This document shows positions 1 through 14,200 of a stretch of 64,000 bases of DNA, piece by piece. Origin of the DNA: Nageia nagi (lineage: Eukaryota; Plantae; Pinophyta); assembly GCA_050084985.1 (NCBI GenBank), contig JBITNC010000001.1, positions 64,170,001 through 64,234,000 on the forward strand, in the 5' to 3' direction. The translations under genes were made by a program, and so were the position numbers. Numbering within the stretch: the first letter of the stretch is position 1; every line of letters begins with the position of its first letter. The notes beneath the pieces are model-generated. The model made no database searches. It was given only the letters and a program-made list of their open reading frames with translations, and was not told the DNA's origin.

Positions 1-1919
1 TAATATCAAGATATTCTTTAATTATCATCTTTCTACTTGATCTTGACTTATTTTGGTCACATGGCAATTCTTCCTTTTATTATGTAGGTACCTATCTTCC
101 TAAATCACATTTTCTTATTGAAATAGAGCAAACACAAGTAAACATGCATTCACCCTTATTCGATTAAGACATTTGCTAAATATCTCGATCAATGTTCCAT
201 TTGCAAAATAGATTCAAAATGGTTAATGGGTCCCATCAAGCATGCCAAAAATTATTGATTGGCAAAGTAGAACCTTGCGAGCTAAGTATTGGATACAGAT
301 AAATCTCCAACCTTCAGGATTTTAAATAGATCGGTTCCTATTTCCAACTAGGCACGGAATGCTCTCCATTTTGGCATAATGAAATGTTTTATGTAAAGGT
401 TAAAAGTTTTAAGAAATAGAAGGAAATGTAATAAACTAGAAAAGTAGAAAATATACGATGTAAAGTGCATGGAAAGAAAATGCAAATGACCTTGATGCTT
501 GCATGCCCAAATTTTCAATAATGGGCTCACTATAGCCACTAAGCTATTGGGAGTAGGTCAAAATATGTTATAAAATCTAAGTGAACCTAATAGCTATAGT
601 TTCACATGAATCACATTTCTAATAATCGAAATGTACAATTTAAATGCCACAACACAAGGAAGGATGAGGAACTGTCACATAATTGGTCAATCGTGAATGA
701 AATCCATATGAAAAAGAGCAAGTGGTCAATCAACCAGTTTATTGAACATCTTTTACTAGCCTTTTTCTTAAGGTCAATCCTATCATGTACCATAAATTAT
801 TATTTAATATCTATACACACAACAATGATAACAACTAACTGAATAACAACCTTGTCTATGTAGGCAAACATCATAGTAACTATTACAAAATTATACATAG
901 GGATTGCAAATTTTTGGTACTCGAGAAAAGACCCATCTAAATATCATGCTCCAACTATTTATAGAGAAATTACAATGGCTAAGAAATATGTTCCCGCCTT
1001 TTCTTAGCTAGTACTAGACTACTTTACTACTAATTAGCTTAATCTATCAGTTGTGATGCATTATCCTTGTTGACTATGAGCTCCTTTAGTTTGATAGTTT
1101 TTAGGTGGTCTCTAGGTGTTCCAATGCATTTTTTTGATGGAATCCTATAGGAAATTTTAATGTCTTCATCATCCTCTAGTCAAGCATACCTTTTCAGAGT
1201 ACTTATGTAGCCTTTATAGCTTTAACTAGATGTTCTTTGTAGATTTAATAATTTTAGGGATTTAGTCTCTTAATTCATACCGATTGAGAAGGGTACTTTT
1301 CTAGATGATATGAATAAGTAGAGGTTGGTTGCAATGAATACCTAGGTGCCATGTAGGGATTTTGATGTGGATAACAAGATGATATTGCCTTAGGTCTCCA
1401 ATGGATATGCCTAGGCTATCAAATTCTATTCTAAAGGTACTACACGTACCAAGTTTTTGAGGAATATGTATTTCCATATCTAGGTGTTATGTTGAGCCAT
1501 CTTCAGGTGCTACTTATCATCAATGGTCAATCGTATTTAAAGCATTTAGTTCTAGGAGTGGCTAGAATCTAGGCCTTTTACATTCTAGGATGATGTCGAT
1601 GGCTAAGGATTCCTTGACTCTACGATCCACCAGCACTTAAGTTCTTTTATGGTTTGCAAGTTCAGGATTCATTATAGTTGGGAGCCTTTTAGTTCAAGAG
1701 TGACATCATCTACAAGATTTTCTTAGGCTTTGTTGTCCATCTGCCATTAGCCAGCTTTTGATTAGGACTATAGACCCAAGGGCATTTAGGATTAGGAGTT
1801 CTAAAAATCTCACGATATGGCTTTAAACACAACAGTTAGTACCCAAAAGGAACTTTTATTATGTTATTGATTCTTTTTACAAAATTGAAGGAAAGGAAAA
1901 CTAGGAATAAGTATTATAC

Positions 1920-3847
1920 AAAATGATGTGAGCATCAGAAATAAAACACTAGGCAATAGTAGATTTCATTGCATATTTTCATCATAATTATGAAATTATC
2001 ATCCATAAAGAGTTCCCTAATGATTATGAGCAATTTTATCCACCTCAGTAGCATGGGCACTGTGCAAAGGAGCATCCATACCATTATAGAGATAAAGAGG
2101 AGATACCAAAAGAGTTTGTGTGTGTTATAGAGGATGAACCTTAGACTTGAACATTGTACTTTGATGGTTCTAAAAGCACATATGGAGTAGAGGAAAGTAT
2201 CATACTAGTTTCACCTTCAAATGATGTTATTCCCATGGCATACAAGATTGGATTTGAATGCACTAACAATATGGAAGAATGTGAAGCACTAATTTTGGAT
2301 TTGAAAGTAGCTATTCTCCTCATAATTAAGAATTTGCAAATATATGGTGATTCATAGCTTGTTATCAACCAACTTAACAATATCTAATATAATTCCAAGG
2401 ATGAGAAACTTCACCCATACAAATTAGTTGTTGTATACCTCCTTCATCAATTTGATAGTTACAATATTGGCAATATTCCAAGGAAAAATAATATATATGT
2501 AGATGCAATGTCAAGTGTTGCCTCTTTGGCTCTTATTGAGATAGAAGATGAAGAAAAAATTCTCAAGATCAAAAAACTGGGTAGGCCATCTTATATTGAT
2601 ATGATAGTGATCAAGAGTCATATTGTGTTATTTAAGCAAAGACTACTCCATCATGGTATGTTGATATTTATCAATACTTAAGAGAATCAAGAGATCAAAT
2701 AATCCCTTAATATTTTGATAGAAATGAAAAAATAAGGCTAAAAAGGACAACTCTTAAGTATGTCATTATTGGTGAAGTTTTGTATAGAAGATCCTTTTAT
2801 GGAGCTCTTCTAAGATGCCTTACACATCATGAAACAACAACCCTTGAACAAGCACATGATGGTTTATATGGAGGATATTTCTTTGCCAAGGCATTGTACA
2901 TAAAGCTTTTGTGTATTATTTGTCATCAATGGAAGAGGACTATAAAAACCATGTCAGAAGTTATCTTCACGCCAAAATTAGTCCAATTTATAGAAGTTAC
3001 CAATGCAAGATCTTAATACATTTATTTTACCATGGCCATTTGCAATTTGGGGCATTGATTTAATCTATTTGATCAATACTCATTCAAGAGAACATAAATT
3101 CATCATCATAACTATTGAATATATTACAAAGTGGGTAGAGGTTGTACCATTGAAATCAATAACATAAGAAGATTATCAAATTTCTCATTGAAAGCATCAG
3201 CACAAGATTTTGTGTCCCACAACAGTTGATCATGGATAATGGGCCAAATTTCAAAGGTAAGGATATGGAATCTTTTTGTAAGAAGTTTCATATTACTCAA
3301 ATATTTAATTCTATTTATTATGCTCAAGAGAATGGTAAAGATGGAGCATTTAGTAAAATAATCAAGAGCATTCTAAGCAAAACGTTGAATAGATACAAAA
3401 GAGATTGGCACGAACAATTTTTCTATGCACTTTGAGAATACAAGACCATCATTAGGATTGCTATTGGGGAAACTTCATTCTCATTACCTTATGATGATGA
3501 GGCTATTGTACCACTTGAGTTAGAGATTCTCTCTTTGATAATATCACTACATGGAGGATATTCCAGATGAGAAAGCAAGGAAAGCAAGCTTGTAGCAGTT
3601 AAAGGCACTTGATGAAAAAATGATTCATGTGATTGAGCATCAAAAGGCATATCATGTAAGGTTAAAATGAGCATTTAAGAAGAAAATCAAACCAAAAACC
3701 TTTCAAGTAGGATACATGGTGTTAAAAGAGAACATCAATAAGACAATTGCAAATGATGAGGTAAAAGGAAAGTTTGAAACAAATTGGCTAGGGTCACATG
3801 TTGTAGTTAAATATACAAGATGATGAGCCTATAGATTATCTTCAATG
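1920..3847 (+). mobile_element. Tat/Ogre-type Ty3/Gypsy pol remnant (additional archaeal-type RNase H plus integrase), degraded
   Basis: ORF fragments read YFDGSKS...ILVSPSND...KIGFECTNNMEECEALILDLKVA...LQIYGDS (aRH), LYRRSFYGALLRCL...AHDG, IMDNGPNF...YYAQENG...RDWHEQFFYAL, and KFETNWLGSHVV (degenerate GPY/F). Many stops and frameshifts. Confidence 0.9.
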
Positions 3848-3871
3848 CATATTTGGTTTCTCTTTGCCATC

Positions 3872-4689
3872 CATTGAAGATAATCTATAGGCTCATGATC
3901 CTGTAGCTTCAGCTACAACATATGACCCTAGCCAATTTGTTTCAAACTTTCCTTTTACCTCATTATTTGCAGTTGTCTTATTGATGTTCTCTTTTAATAC
4001 CAAGTATCCTACTTGAAAGGTTTTTGATTTGATTTTTTTCTCAAATTCTCTTTTTAACCTTACATGATATGCCTTTTGATGCTTAATCACATAAATCATT
4101 TTTTCATTAAGTGCCTCTAACTGCTACAATCTTGCTTTTCTTACTTTCTCATCTGGAATATCCTCCATGTAGTGAGATTCTCAAAGAGAGAATCTCTAAC
4201 TCAAGTGGTACAATATCCTCATCATCATAAGGTAATGAGAATGGAAGTTTCCCCAATAGCAATCCTAATGATGGTCTTGTATGCCCAAAGTGCATAGGAA
4301 AATTGTTCATGCCAATCTCTTTTGTATCTATTCAATGCTTTGCTTAGAATGCTTTTGATTATTTTATTAAATGCTCCATTATTACCATTCTCTTGAGGAT
4401 AATAAATAGAAGAAAATATTTGAGTAATATGAAATTTCTAACAAAAAGATTCCATATCCTTACCTTTAAAATTTGGCCCATTATCCATGATCAACTATTG
4501 TGGGACACAAAATCTTTTGATGATGTTTTCAATAAGAAACTTGATAATCTTCTTATGTTATTGATTTCATTGGTGCAAGCTCTACCCACTTTTTAGTATA
4601 TTTAATAGTTATGATGATGAATTTATGTTCTCTTGAATAAGGATTGATCAAATAGATTAAATCTATGCCCCAAATTGCAAATGGCCATG
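3872..4689 (-). repeat. Inverted duplicate of integrase region 3031-3847 (fold-back arm)
   Basis: The reverse complement matches 3031-3847 along its length. ORFs 3124..3327(-) and 4393..4596(+) are near-identical peptides. The spacer is 24 bp (3848-3871). Confidence 0.95.
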
Positions 4690-5625
4690 ATAATTTATGA
4701 GATACTTGTAAATTATCCTATATTTATATTTTCCTTTTTGCATTTTTCATCACATTAACATCATATCTCTGATTCTATAGTGTCCATGCCATGCTTTTTA
4801 AAAAAATCCTATTTGTGAAAATCAACTTCTTGGGGAAAATAGGTAAAAAAGATTATGCTTACAAACATAAAAGCATAATGTCTACGGACCATGGACATAA
4901 AATTCTAGGTTGTCAATGGCCATCGATACGGCTAGTGAGAGTCACTCACTTAAATGAAAATCGGTGATACAATCATTAATGAGGATGTTTTCATTGAATC
5001 ATACTCAATGGATGATGCATCTCACTATGTATCTAAACATAAAGATTTCACACCATCTTTGGAGGTTGTATGTTATTGGTTTTTCCTTAGATTAAAATCA
5101 ATGGATGATATTGGCCACTGCTTTTTTAGACTCCAATATTCAAACATTGGTCAACATCTTCATAATTATTAATAACTTGTTACCCATGTAGCCCATAGAT
5201 GAAGATTAGTAGAAACATCCAACAGACTCAAACTGTATACATTGTCAAAAGCACTGTAGACAAAGCATTAACACCCTTTAGAGAAATCCCAAAAATAATA
5301 TAATTCTTTTGCATCCATTGCAAGGAATATAGAGCACCGATGATCACTAGAATCCCTAGTATTAGATACAAATGAGCCATCATATTCATTTTTGCTCATC
5401 TCATGAGGCAAGGATGTTGTTTTCTCAAATTATTTTATCTTGATTACCCCACCCATGGAGCTTTCCTAGGGTAATCAAGGCAAAAAGGGGAAATGAAGGA
5501 GATTCAGTAAAGGTTCATGCTACTACAACAAGAGTTCAAAGTTTTCAAAATATTTCTTTCTCTCCTTTTCTTCTTTGGACATGTAATTCCATTTCTTTCC
5601 ATTACACCTCCAAAGAGGAGGAAAA

Positions 5626-6219
5626 CGTAGACACCTAAATATGATTTTTATCAAAATAGAAATCATATTTTAGGTATCAAAGATGTAAAAATGTTGAAAA
5701 TGTCAAAAAGAATGTCATAAATCAATGTAATTAGTGAAAGTGCCAAGAGAAGCACCACAAGCTATGCAATACATGTTAATATCAAGACAAGAAAATATCC
5801 AAGATGTTTTTATAAAAGAAGATCCAAAGAAAATAATTCCCTATTGGATAATCAAATATTAGATAGGTCAACTCATGAGCATAATATAATCCAAACAACA
5901 ATGACATTTTGTAACACCACCTATCTGATAATTTGTTATCCAATCTTCATCATGTTTTACATTGTTTAGTTTCATCACTATTGTTAATTAATTTCATCAT
6001 GCTGACATCACGCGAAGGTAGAATACATAGCATGCACTCCATGAATTTAGAGTCACATGACTTTAGATCTGAGTAACAAACCTATTCAGGGCATAATATC
6101 TTAGATCTTATGAAAATAAGAGTTTGATCGCATCAACAAATATTTACATCTATATTTTTGTGAGTATTTATGGAAGTAATAGTGTTTTATTTATCACAAT
6201 TCATTATTTCTTTTCTACA
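5626..6219 (+). mobile_element. 3' LTR of the Tat/Ogre-type element, preceded by PPT (5612-5625)
   Basis: PPT aaagaggaggaaaa is followed by (c)gtagacacctaaatatgattttta; the LTR ends ttcattatttcttttctaca. Both termini and the upstream 3' UTR resemble the LTR element at 58740-60819. Confidence 0.7.
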
Positions 6220-8539
6220 GTTATATTACCTTATAATCATTGATTAAAATAACAAAAAAATAAAGAACCATTTTAATACATTCAATACCACAATTGAGAG
6301 TAAGTGTATTTTAATCTAGCAATAATCAATATATTTTCAAACAAGTATAAAACATTGCTAAGTTTCTAAGTTCCAAAATTATTCCATGTTTTACATAGGT
6401 TGTTGATTAAGACAATCAATAAATTATTTCTACTTTATGGTATTTGTAAAAGATTTATTTATATCATAGAAAACTTGGGGTAAAACTATCTGTCCACATA
6501 GAGGTTCATAAAAATAGGCAAACTCTATTATACTCAAAGAGGCCTTTGCTATCAACAAAATATCCTATGGAGAATGATGATGATTTAATCTTATCCTACT
6601 TAGTAGAATTAACTTGAATATTTTCAAAGTCCACAAAAATTTAAATGTCAAATAAGCATATAAAAGCATTGTAGGAGATATAAATAAAAAAATTAATCCA
6701 TCAAGATGCCAGGTAAAAACCACCAAAAATGAATCATGCAATTTGAAAATAGAGTTTGATTCATGGGAGTATTTAGTTGGAGAGGAATAGAAACCATCAA
6801 AGTAACCAATATTTTTTAAAAGAGAGTTATGCTCATTTCAACAACTTATTTTTCCTCAATTTGCTTTGGATCATCATCATCTTCTTTTCCACATATATTT
6901 ATTCATTGCTTTCCTCTTATTCCAATAATTGATCTTCTATTCTCTCTTATTGTTGCATGACAATATATAAAAAGTAGACTACAAGACTAGAGAAAAATAA
7001 CACTGTGGAAATATAAAGAAATATGAGATTGAATATCAACTATGATAGTGATGGAACAAATACATAGCAACCAAGAAAAATACATTAAGAAAGAAACCTA
7101 TGAACCAATTAAAAATAAATTTTGCAATTTTGTATTTATTCTTAATTATAACAAAATTAAAAAATCATCTTCAAAAGTGTAAAAAAATGAAGAAATTTAA
7201 TTTCTAAATCAATTTTTGGGCCTCATAGAAGGGGAAACTTGGGAAATTTCTAAAAACTTTCTTATATTATTTTTTCTAAATCTATTTATAATGTTTTTTT
7301 TGTCTCTTCAAGAATAAGGTACAAATAATGGCACTAAAAATATTAGACTGAAAAGTTATCATTCGACTTCTTTCCATAAAGGATGATTTGCAAATCAAAA
7401 GAAAAATGTGAAAAATAGGTATATCAATAATTTCTTGCAAAAATAATTTAAAATTTACTTTTATATTATTTAATATTAAAAATAAGAAATATTAATCTAT
7501 TATTGCTACTCTTTTAGTTCATCATAGATTTACCCATCTTTAGTCTTAGGGGAATTAGAAGACTCATCATAGAAACCCTATGATGATATCATTCTCCTAG
7601 TTATATAATTGATTATTCCATATTTGAAAGAGTTGGTTAACATTTTATAATCATACATGATCATTGTTACATATTCTTGAAGTGTAGTCAATAAGAGTTT
7701 GATTTTTAGGGTAATTAAAAAATTCTCCATGTACTCACCATGTTGACATCATTGGGGCATCATAAATCCCTTAGGTTGATGTATTATCTCTATAGTATAT
7801 CACTTTGATTCTTTCTCATTTTTATAATTGATTTCTATCTCTATGGTTCAATTTTATAGCTAATCTTCATTCATATCTGTGATGTACACTTATTTTTATA
7901 TTCATATTTATCGTTATGGTTCATACTTCATGTTCATTTTCATATTTTTGCTTAATATTTATCATTATAGTTCATATTTCATATCTATTATTGTGTTTTA
8001 TTCATGCTTATGTTTATTTGTGATGTTCCATTAACAAGGGGTGCATGATAACTATCAAGAATTGTATTGAGCCAATAACATTCAAGGAAAACACCAACCC
8101 TCTAGAACATTTGAAACCTTTCAAGATATTTTTATTTGTAAGTTAATTTTTTATATGATTTACTTATTCTATATAAGTTTCACAAGAAATCCAAATCAAA
8201 AAGGAGAAAAAAGGAGAAAATACAACACATCAAACTCATATCATTCATTGGGATTATCCCTATATTAGGGAAGTTCATCCAAATCGATAGTATTATTTTT
8301 TCTCTTAGTTTGAAAATATAATCTTAGATTCATCCATTGCATACCTAAAGGGACAAATTGCATATATTTAAAAAGAGAAAAAAAATGAGAAAGACAAACT
8401 TTAATATATTTTTAAGAAAAATTATGATTTGGAATCTACTCTAAATCATTAAATAATTAATAATGACGTATTGATATAAAATTCTACCTAAATGTAATTT
8501 TAAGTTTCGATAGGTTTCTACCATTATAATTATTCCTTT

Positions 8540-9480
8540 TGCTTGATCATTTTGGTTCTATTTTTACCAATGGGATAATGAATTCCCAAATCTTTATTAT
8601 GAGGATGAATTGTATTTGTTGTTTTAGATTTATCTTCATTTTTATTGTCATCATCAAACTTGATATATTTTTTATCAATTAAATCTTGAATGATATTCTT
8701 TAAAACTTTGCAATTTTTAGTTAAGTGTCATGTATTTCTATGATAATTGTTAAAAAAATCCAAATCTACACCCTTCTATAACTACTTTTAGAAAATAATA
8801 TTTCTTAATTAGTGGTAGTTATATGAAATCTTTTTGAACTAACATATAAAGAATTGTGTCAATATTTCCCAAAAGTTTTGTGTATTTTCTTGTAGGTTTT
8901 TTTTCTATCTCATTACTACTACTTTTCTCCACCTTTTCTACCATTAGTTTATCTTTCTAATTCTTTTTAACATATTTCTTAATATACCTTAGTTTTACCT
9001 CAATTGGAATCTTTATTATAGTTGGATAAGTAATGATTCTTTTTAGATCAACTTCTCAATCATTTTTTGCAAAGGTTGATTTTCATAAGTTATAGCTTCT
9101 AGCTTAAACTAAGTTAACAAAGAACTCATAAAAAACATCTTTTAACTCATATTAACAATTTTGTTTTCTATCCTTTTTCATCTTTTCACAAAATCACTAG
9201 AACTTTGTTTCTCTTTTTGCTTATATTTGCATAAATATTTAAATATTACTTGAATTTTAATATTATGCTTGAAATATTCTATAAACCTACAAATATATAT
9301 TTATAATTAACAATACTTCTTTCAAGAAGAGAATAATACCATTTCAATTCTTATTTTTTCAAACTATGATAAAATATTTAGCAAGCATATCTTCACCATT
9401 TATGCACTAAATACTATGGTCTTGATATTTTCTTATATGTACATTGGGATCTTAAGAACCATCAAATTCTTTGAACTTAG
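8540..9480 (-). mobile_element. Tat/Ogre-type gag remnant, heavily degraded
   Basis: The minus strand reads FKEFDGS*DPNVHIRKY (~9430-9480), EDMLAKYF..KWY (~9335-9395) and CKVLKNIIQDLIDKKYIKFDDD (~8650-8715), motifs typical of Tat/Ogre Gag. Confidence 0.7.
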
Positions 9481-11169
9481 TATTCATTTTTCCTATCCAT
9501 ACTTTAGTATTAATTATTTCACATAAACATTTCTTTAAACTTGATAAATCATTATAACTTTAAGGAGGAAATATATTTTTAGTTTAATAAATTTCTTCCT
9601 TAATTTAAGTGAATTCCTAAGATTGATCTTGATACTATTGTATAATCAATTAATCTAGCTTTAGAGGTGGTTTTATAGATTCTTGCTCTTATAATTTTTG
9701 GTATGATTGTGTTTTTTGCTTTACCACTTATTGTGATTTTGAATTTTTAACTTTTAACTAATAAAATGGATCAAATTTGTTGATTCATTAGTCTTCCATT
9801 TCATTTAAACTTTTATATATGTGATCTAATTATTATTCATCAATTGCTGTCATGACCCACCTCAAGATGCTATTTGACCTCGAGTACCATCAAGGATTTG
9901 GATGGATCATACTTGAATAATGCTATGGTGATGATGAATTAGATAATGGAATATGTATAATTTGTGACAATTTGATGCTGGCTTCAAGATGTTTTGACAT
10001 AGGTCACAGGTTACCTCAAGATGGAAAAGCGAATTAAATATTCTAAGGACCAAAGGTGAAGTGGTGACAAAAATGGAAGAGTAAAAGGAGGAAATGATTG
10101 GCATTGAATCGTTGACACACCCTATGACCATTGTAAATAATATATTTTCATATAGAATAATTTCTATAATTATCAATTTCTTGATGGAAATGTATTTGCA
10201 AATGTGTGTGGATTAATCTTATCCTACAAGATGAGGCGACCGTCATAGGTAAAGTTATATTTCCCTTGTTGAGTTTTGACTTTTGAATTTGAAAATAGAA
10301 AACAAAAATATACCTTATTTAAATTTAAAAAATTACATAAGGTTATAAAAATAAATTTAAATGGGGTAAAAGTTAAAAATGATTGCTCATACTATTACCA
10401 TATGGGGCTAATAGTAAAAACACTATTACAAAAAGACTAAGGTCACCTTGTGGTGTTACAATATATTTAATATTTAAAAAAATAATGAAGTAATGACCCT
10501 ACTTAGTTTTGTTTCCTTGTGTTAGGTATGAACAATAGTTGGCACTAATTTGTTAGTTAATAAAAAAAGGTTCTAAAGTATTTAATACCATTTCAATCAT
10601 CAACAACTTTAAGCAAACCTACCTCAAAAATTATTAAAGGTATGAGGAGATATTCATTTGGACACACTTGAACCTCCTTGGTTATAAATAAAGGGGTAAA
10701 AAAATTAGGCAAAACTACCTACCTATCTATCTCTTATTATTTCATTTTTGTTATTCTCAAGCTTGGATGTAGAGTTACATGAAGAAAAGAAGTCCCTCTT
10801 CCCTCTCCAAGTTAAGGTGGATTCTTTTATATTTTCTAAAATGCCTAGTTAAAATAGTCCTCTTTTGGTGTTATTTAAAATATGTATGGTAAAATTGTTT
10901 GATAAAAGTCTATGAAAATAATTGATGATAATGGGCTTGCTCCATTTGAAAAGACATGCTACCTAGTCTATTTACTATACTCATGTGATATTTGGTATTT
11001 CTTGCCTTTTGAAGGGCATAGTTTTATATTGATTATTTGAAATTTGTAGAGAAACATTTGAGTACAAAATATATTGTATTATTACTCTTTTATTTAGTTA
11101 ATTTGATAATTCCCTTATCATGTATGCTCATGAATTTATTTACAAATAGTTTGAGTCTCTCCTTAGCTT

Positions 11170-11255
11170 TCATGCTTCTTGGTAAATTTCCATGTTCATG
11201 TGAGAGTTCTCATAATGGCTTGCATTGAAAATATGTTGGCAAAGTTTTTTTATTC
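11170..11255 (+). pseudogene. Possible SWIM zinc-finger fragment (Mutator-type transposase remnant)
   Basis: KFPCSCESSHNGLH*KYVGKVF resembles a decayed CxC...CxH SWIM motif. No other transposase motif was confidently seen. Confidence 0.3.
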
Positions 11256-14200
11256 AATCAATTTAATTGCTTTAGATCCAACATATTTTCCATTTTTTTA
11301 TTAACACGCTTGTATTCTTCTACAATTCGCACAATACCATGGAGGTACTTTTGGCCTTAATGTCTAACAAAAAGCCTTTTCCTACTACTCTTTGATAATC
11401 CTCCATACTTCATGCTTATGAATGAAAAATGTTGGTAAAGAATTTAGAGTTTAATATTATACTTATGCACTCTTTTGAAACCCCCACTCCTGGCATATCT
11501 TGCCATCTTTAAAGTCCATAGATAAGGTTCACAACATGCAATTATCAAATGATTTCCAAACCTTGTGTGTCTATTACCATCTTTCGATACCACATTACCA
11601 AAATCAATGTGACTATTCTCTGAGGGATAACCATACCTCCTTCTCAAGCTATGACAATGATACACAATGGAAGAAACACTTTCATAAGTTTTAGGATTTT
11701 GGATCCATGCGTATGGTATGCTATCGACCTTTAACATTCATTTTAAATATTCTTTGATGGATTTCCATATTTTAGAGCTTATATGATAAACCATGTCAAG
11801 TGAAAACTAATGAAGGTTGTAGATTTTGTTTTTATTTTGTGTATTTTGAAATAACATCTATCAAAAACCTCTTATACTTTCCCAATGTATTCACCCTATA
11901 CATAACCTCTTATTTTGATAAATGTTGTGTTTCAATAATATTTTGCATGTTCCTCTAAGCATTGCATAGGTTATATGATTTTTTATTACTTATACGAGAA
12001 TCAATATATGGTATTCAATAATAGTATAAACTATGTGATTTTGGATTGGTTCATTCATATATTAATAACATAAGGAGAAAATAATAATTTGATTATGCAT
12101 TTGTAGAATAAGTTTATATTCCCTCCAAATACGAATGATATGGTTGTTATAATTATAATATTAATTGCTCAAAATAAGAGTGGAAATAAGAATGTTTAAT
12201 TTCTTGCTAGTATAAAATTTAAATATATTCTTTTAGAATGAAGTGATATTAGTAATATGATATGGTTAGAACTTTAGTTGATCAAAGTTAATAGGACCAA
12301 GGAAGGGAGGAACTAAGTTATCCTAATGTTCATGAGTATAGATTTTGAATGATAGACATTTGCACTATTGATCAAAAAAATTTATGTTGGGTTGTCCTGA
12401 TGCTCCTTCCTCCTAGCACTTGATCCATCCACCAAAGGTCCATAAAAGATGCTTGTTGCTCAAATATCAATGAAGATGTTCAACAACTGAGATATGTTAG
12501 TCAAAACCATAAGGCATGGATGAAGTTGAACCTCAAGCCAATGGATATAAAATGATATGAATTAGAGTTGTATTTCTTTACAAGCTATGATGTATTATCA
12601 CTCTTGTATGAACTTGTAATAAATTATGAAGCTTTGTAGTTTATTGAAGTAAATATCATTAATTTAAATGCTTTGTGGATGGATATGATCCCTTCTACAA
12701 TTAATTAATGCTTCTTAGCTTAGAGCCAAGCATGATCAATAAAAATGACCTTGTATTTATGTTTTATTTGTATATTGTAATGATAGATGATACCTAGATC
12801 AAATAATTTGATTTTTAATAAGTAAATTATGGATTAAATGTTAGTATTATGATTTCTCAAATTTATGAATGACATCATGGTTGTTCAAAGCTCTAGACAA
12901 TAATGATTGTATGACATAAATGAGTAGGTATTTCTATTTCACTTAAGTAACAACAATTAGGAAAAGAGATAATTAAGTATGATAGAGGTCATTATAAAGA
13001 TTGACAATCAAAATCAAGCAAATATACCAAGGTACCTAGATGAGAAAGATTAAGAAGATCAATAAACCCAAATCTATTCCAATGACAAGAAAATGATCCT
13101 AAACTAGAGTTAGGTTTCCAAATTACAATTTAGGATCACTTGGGAAACTGTAGGGACCCTTCGGATCAAAATGGGATCTAATAGGAATAAATGGGATCAT
13201 TTGGGATCCTTTGGGATAATTTGGTAGTTTTTAACTAATAAGTTAAAGGAATAAAGTCCAACTTAGGCTTACATTCTACCTTATTCTGACCAAGGACCAT
13301 GGAGAATCTTGAAAAGAACTATTTGATCCAATGAAACTTTTTGGATGGATTCAATAATGTAAGGAAAATGGTAGAGAACCTTTTCCAAGTAAACCTACTG
13401 TACTAATCAATAAACATAAGGAATATTCCTTATATGAGGACCACTTAGCACCACATTATCTTTGTAGCAATAGTGGGAAAGGACTTTACCTCTTGACTTG
13501 CTACCTTACATATGCACGAGAACTTTTAAAAAGTAGACCCATATACTTGATACAATGCATATGGGATAAATAGAACTATGTGACTTATTAAACAAACCTA
13601 TAACCAAGACTTTCGATGTATGCCTCATGGGAAAAGATGAATAGTGATAAACCCTAGCTTAGAACTTGGTCTACATTGCGATCATTTATTAGATCATGGT
13701 GGTTTCTTTTTGTTAACACATTTAATAATAAATTATTTTAAACAACCATTGAAGGGTATTGTTTAATACCCATGGCTCCCCAAGTTGTGGGCATGGGAAC
13801 ATTGGACCACATGGTTGGCTTAACTGATAGTTATGGGTAGGCTAGTGATATGTCCTCCAATAGATGTGTCAAATGGGGATAGCAATCAATAAAACTATAG
13901 TTACTATATGAGGGTAACTAGTAGTCATACCACTTGTAGTTAGTAAGTAGGGGTATGATGATTGTTCCATAGGTGATTCTACCTACTCATATGGAAGCTT
14001 ACTTAGGACAAGCTATCTTCTCCTATGAGATGGAGAGTTTTTATCAAGTGTTTATGTTAGCTTAGTGAAAATGCGATCTCTTAGGTGATATGGGCTTTGA
14101 GTAAAAAATCACTACATCATGACCAAAAAGCCTATTGCACATGGGATTTGAAATAGGAATGATGGGATCACCTTTGAGGCATCTTCTCAATAGGGTTAGT

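Noticed and set aside
348-842. Short ORFs at the window start and similar 60-100-aa hydrophobic ORFs throughout
   Set aside because: They are rich in F, I, L, K and Y as expected from AT-rich non-coding DNA or antisense TE frames, with no recognisable domains.
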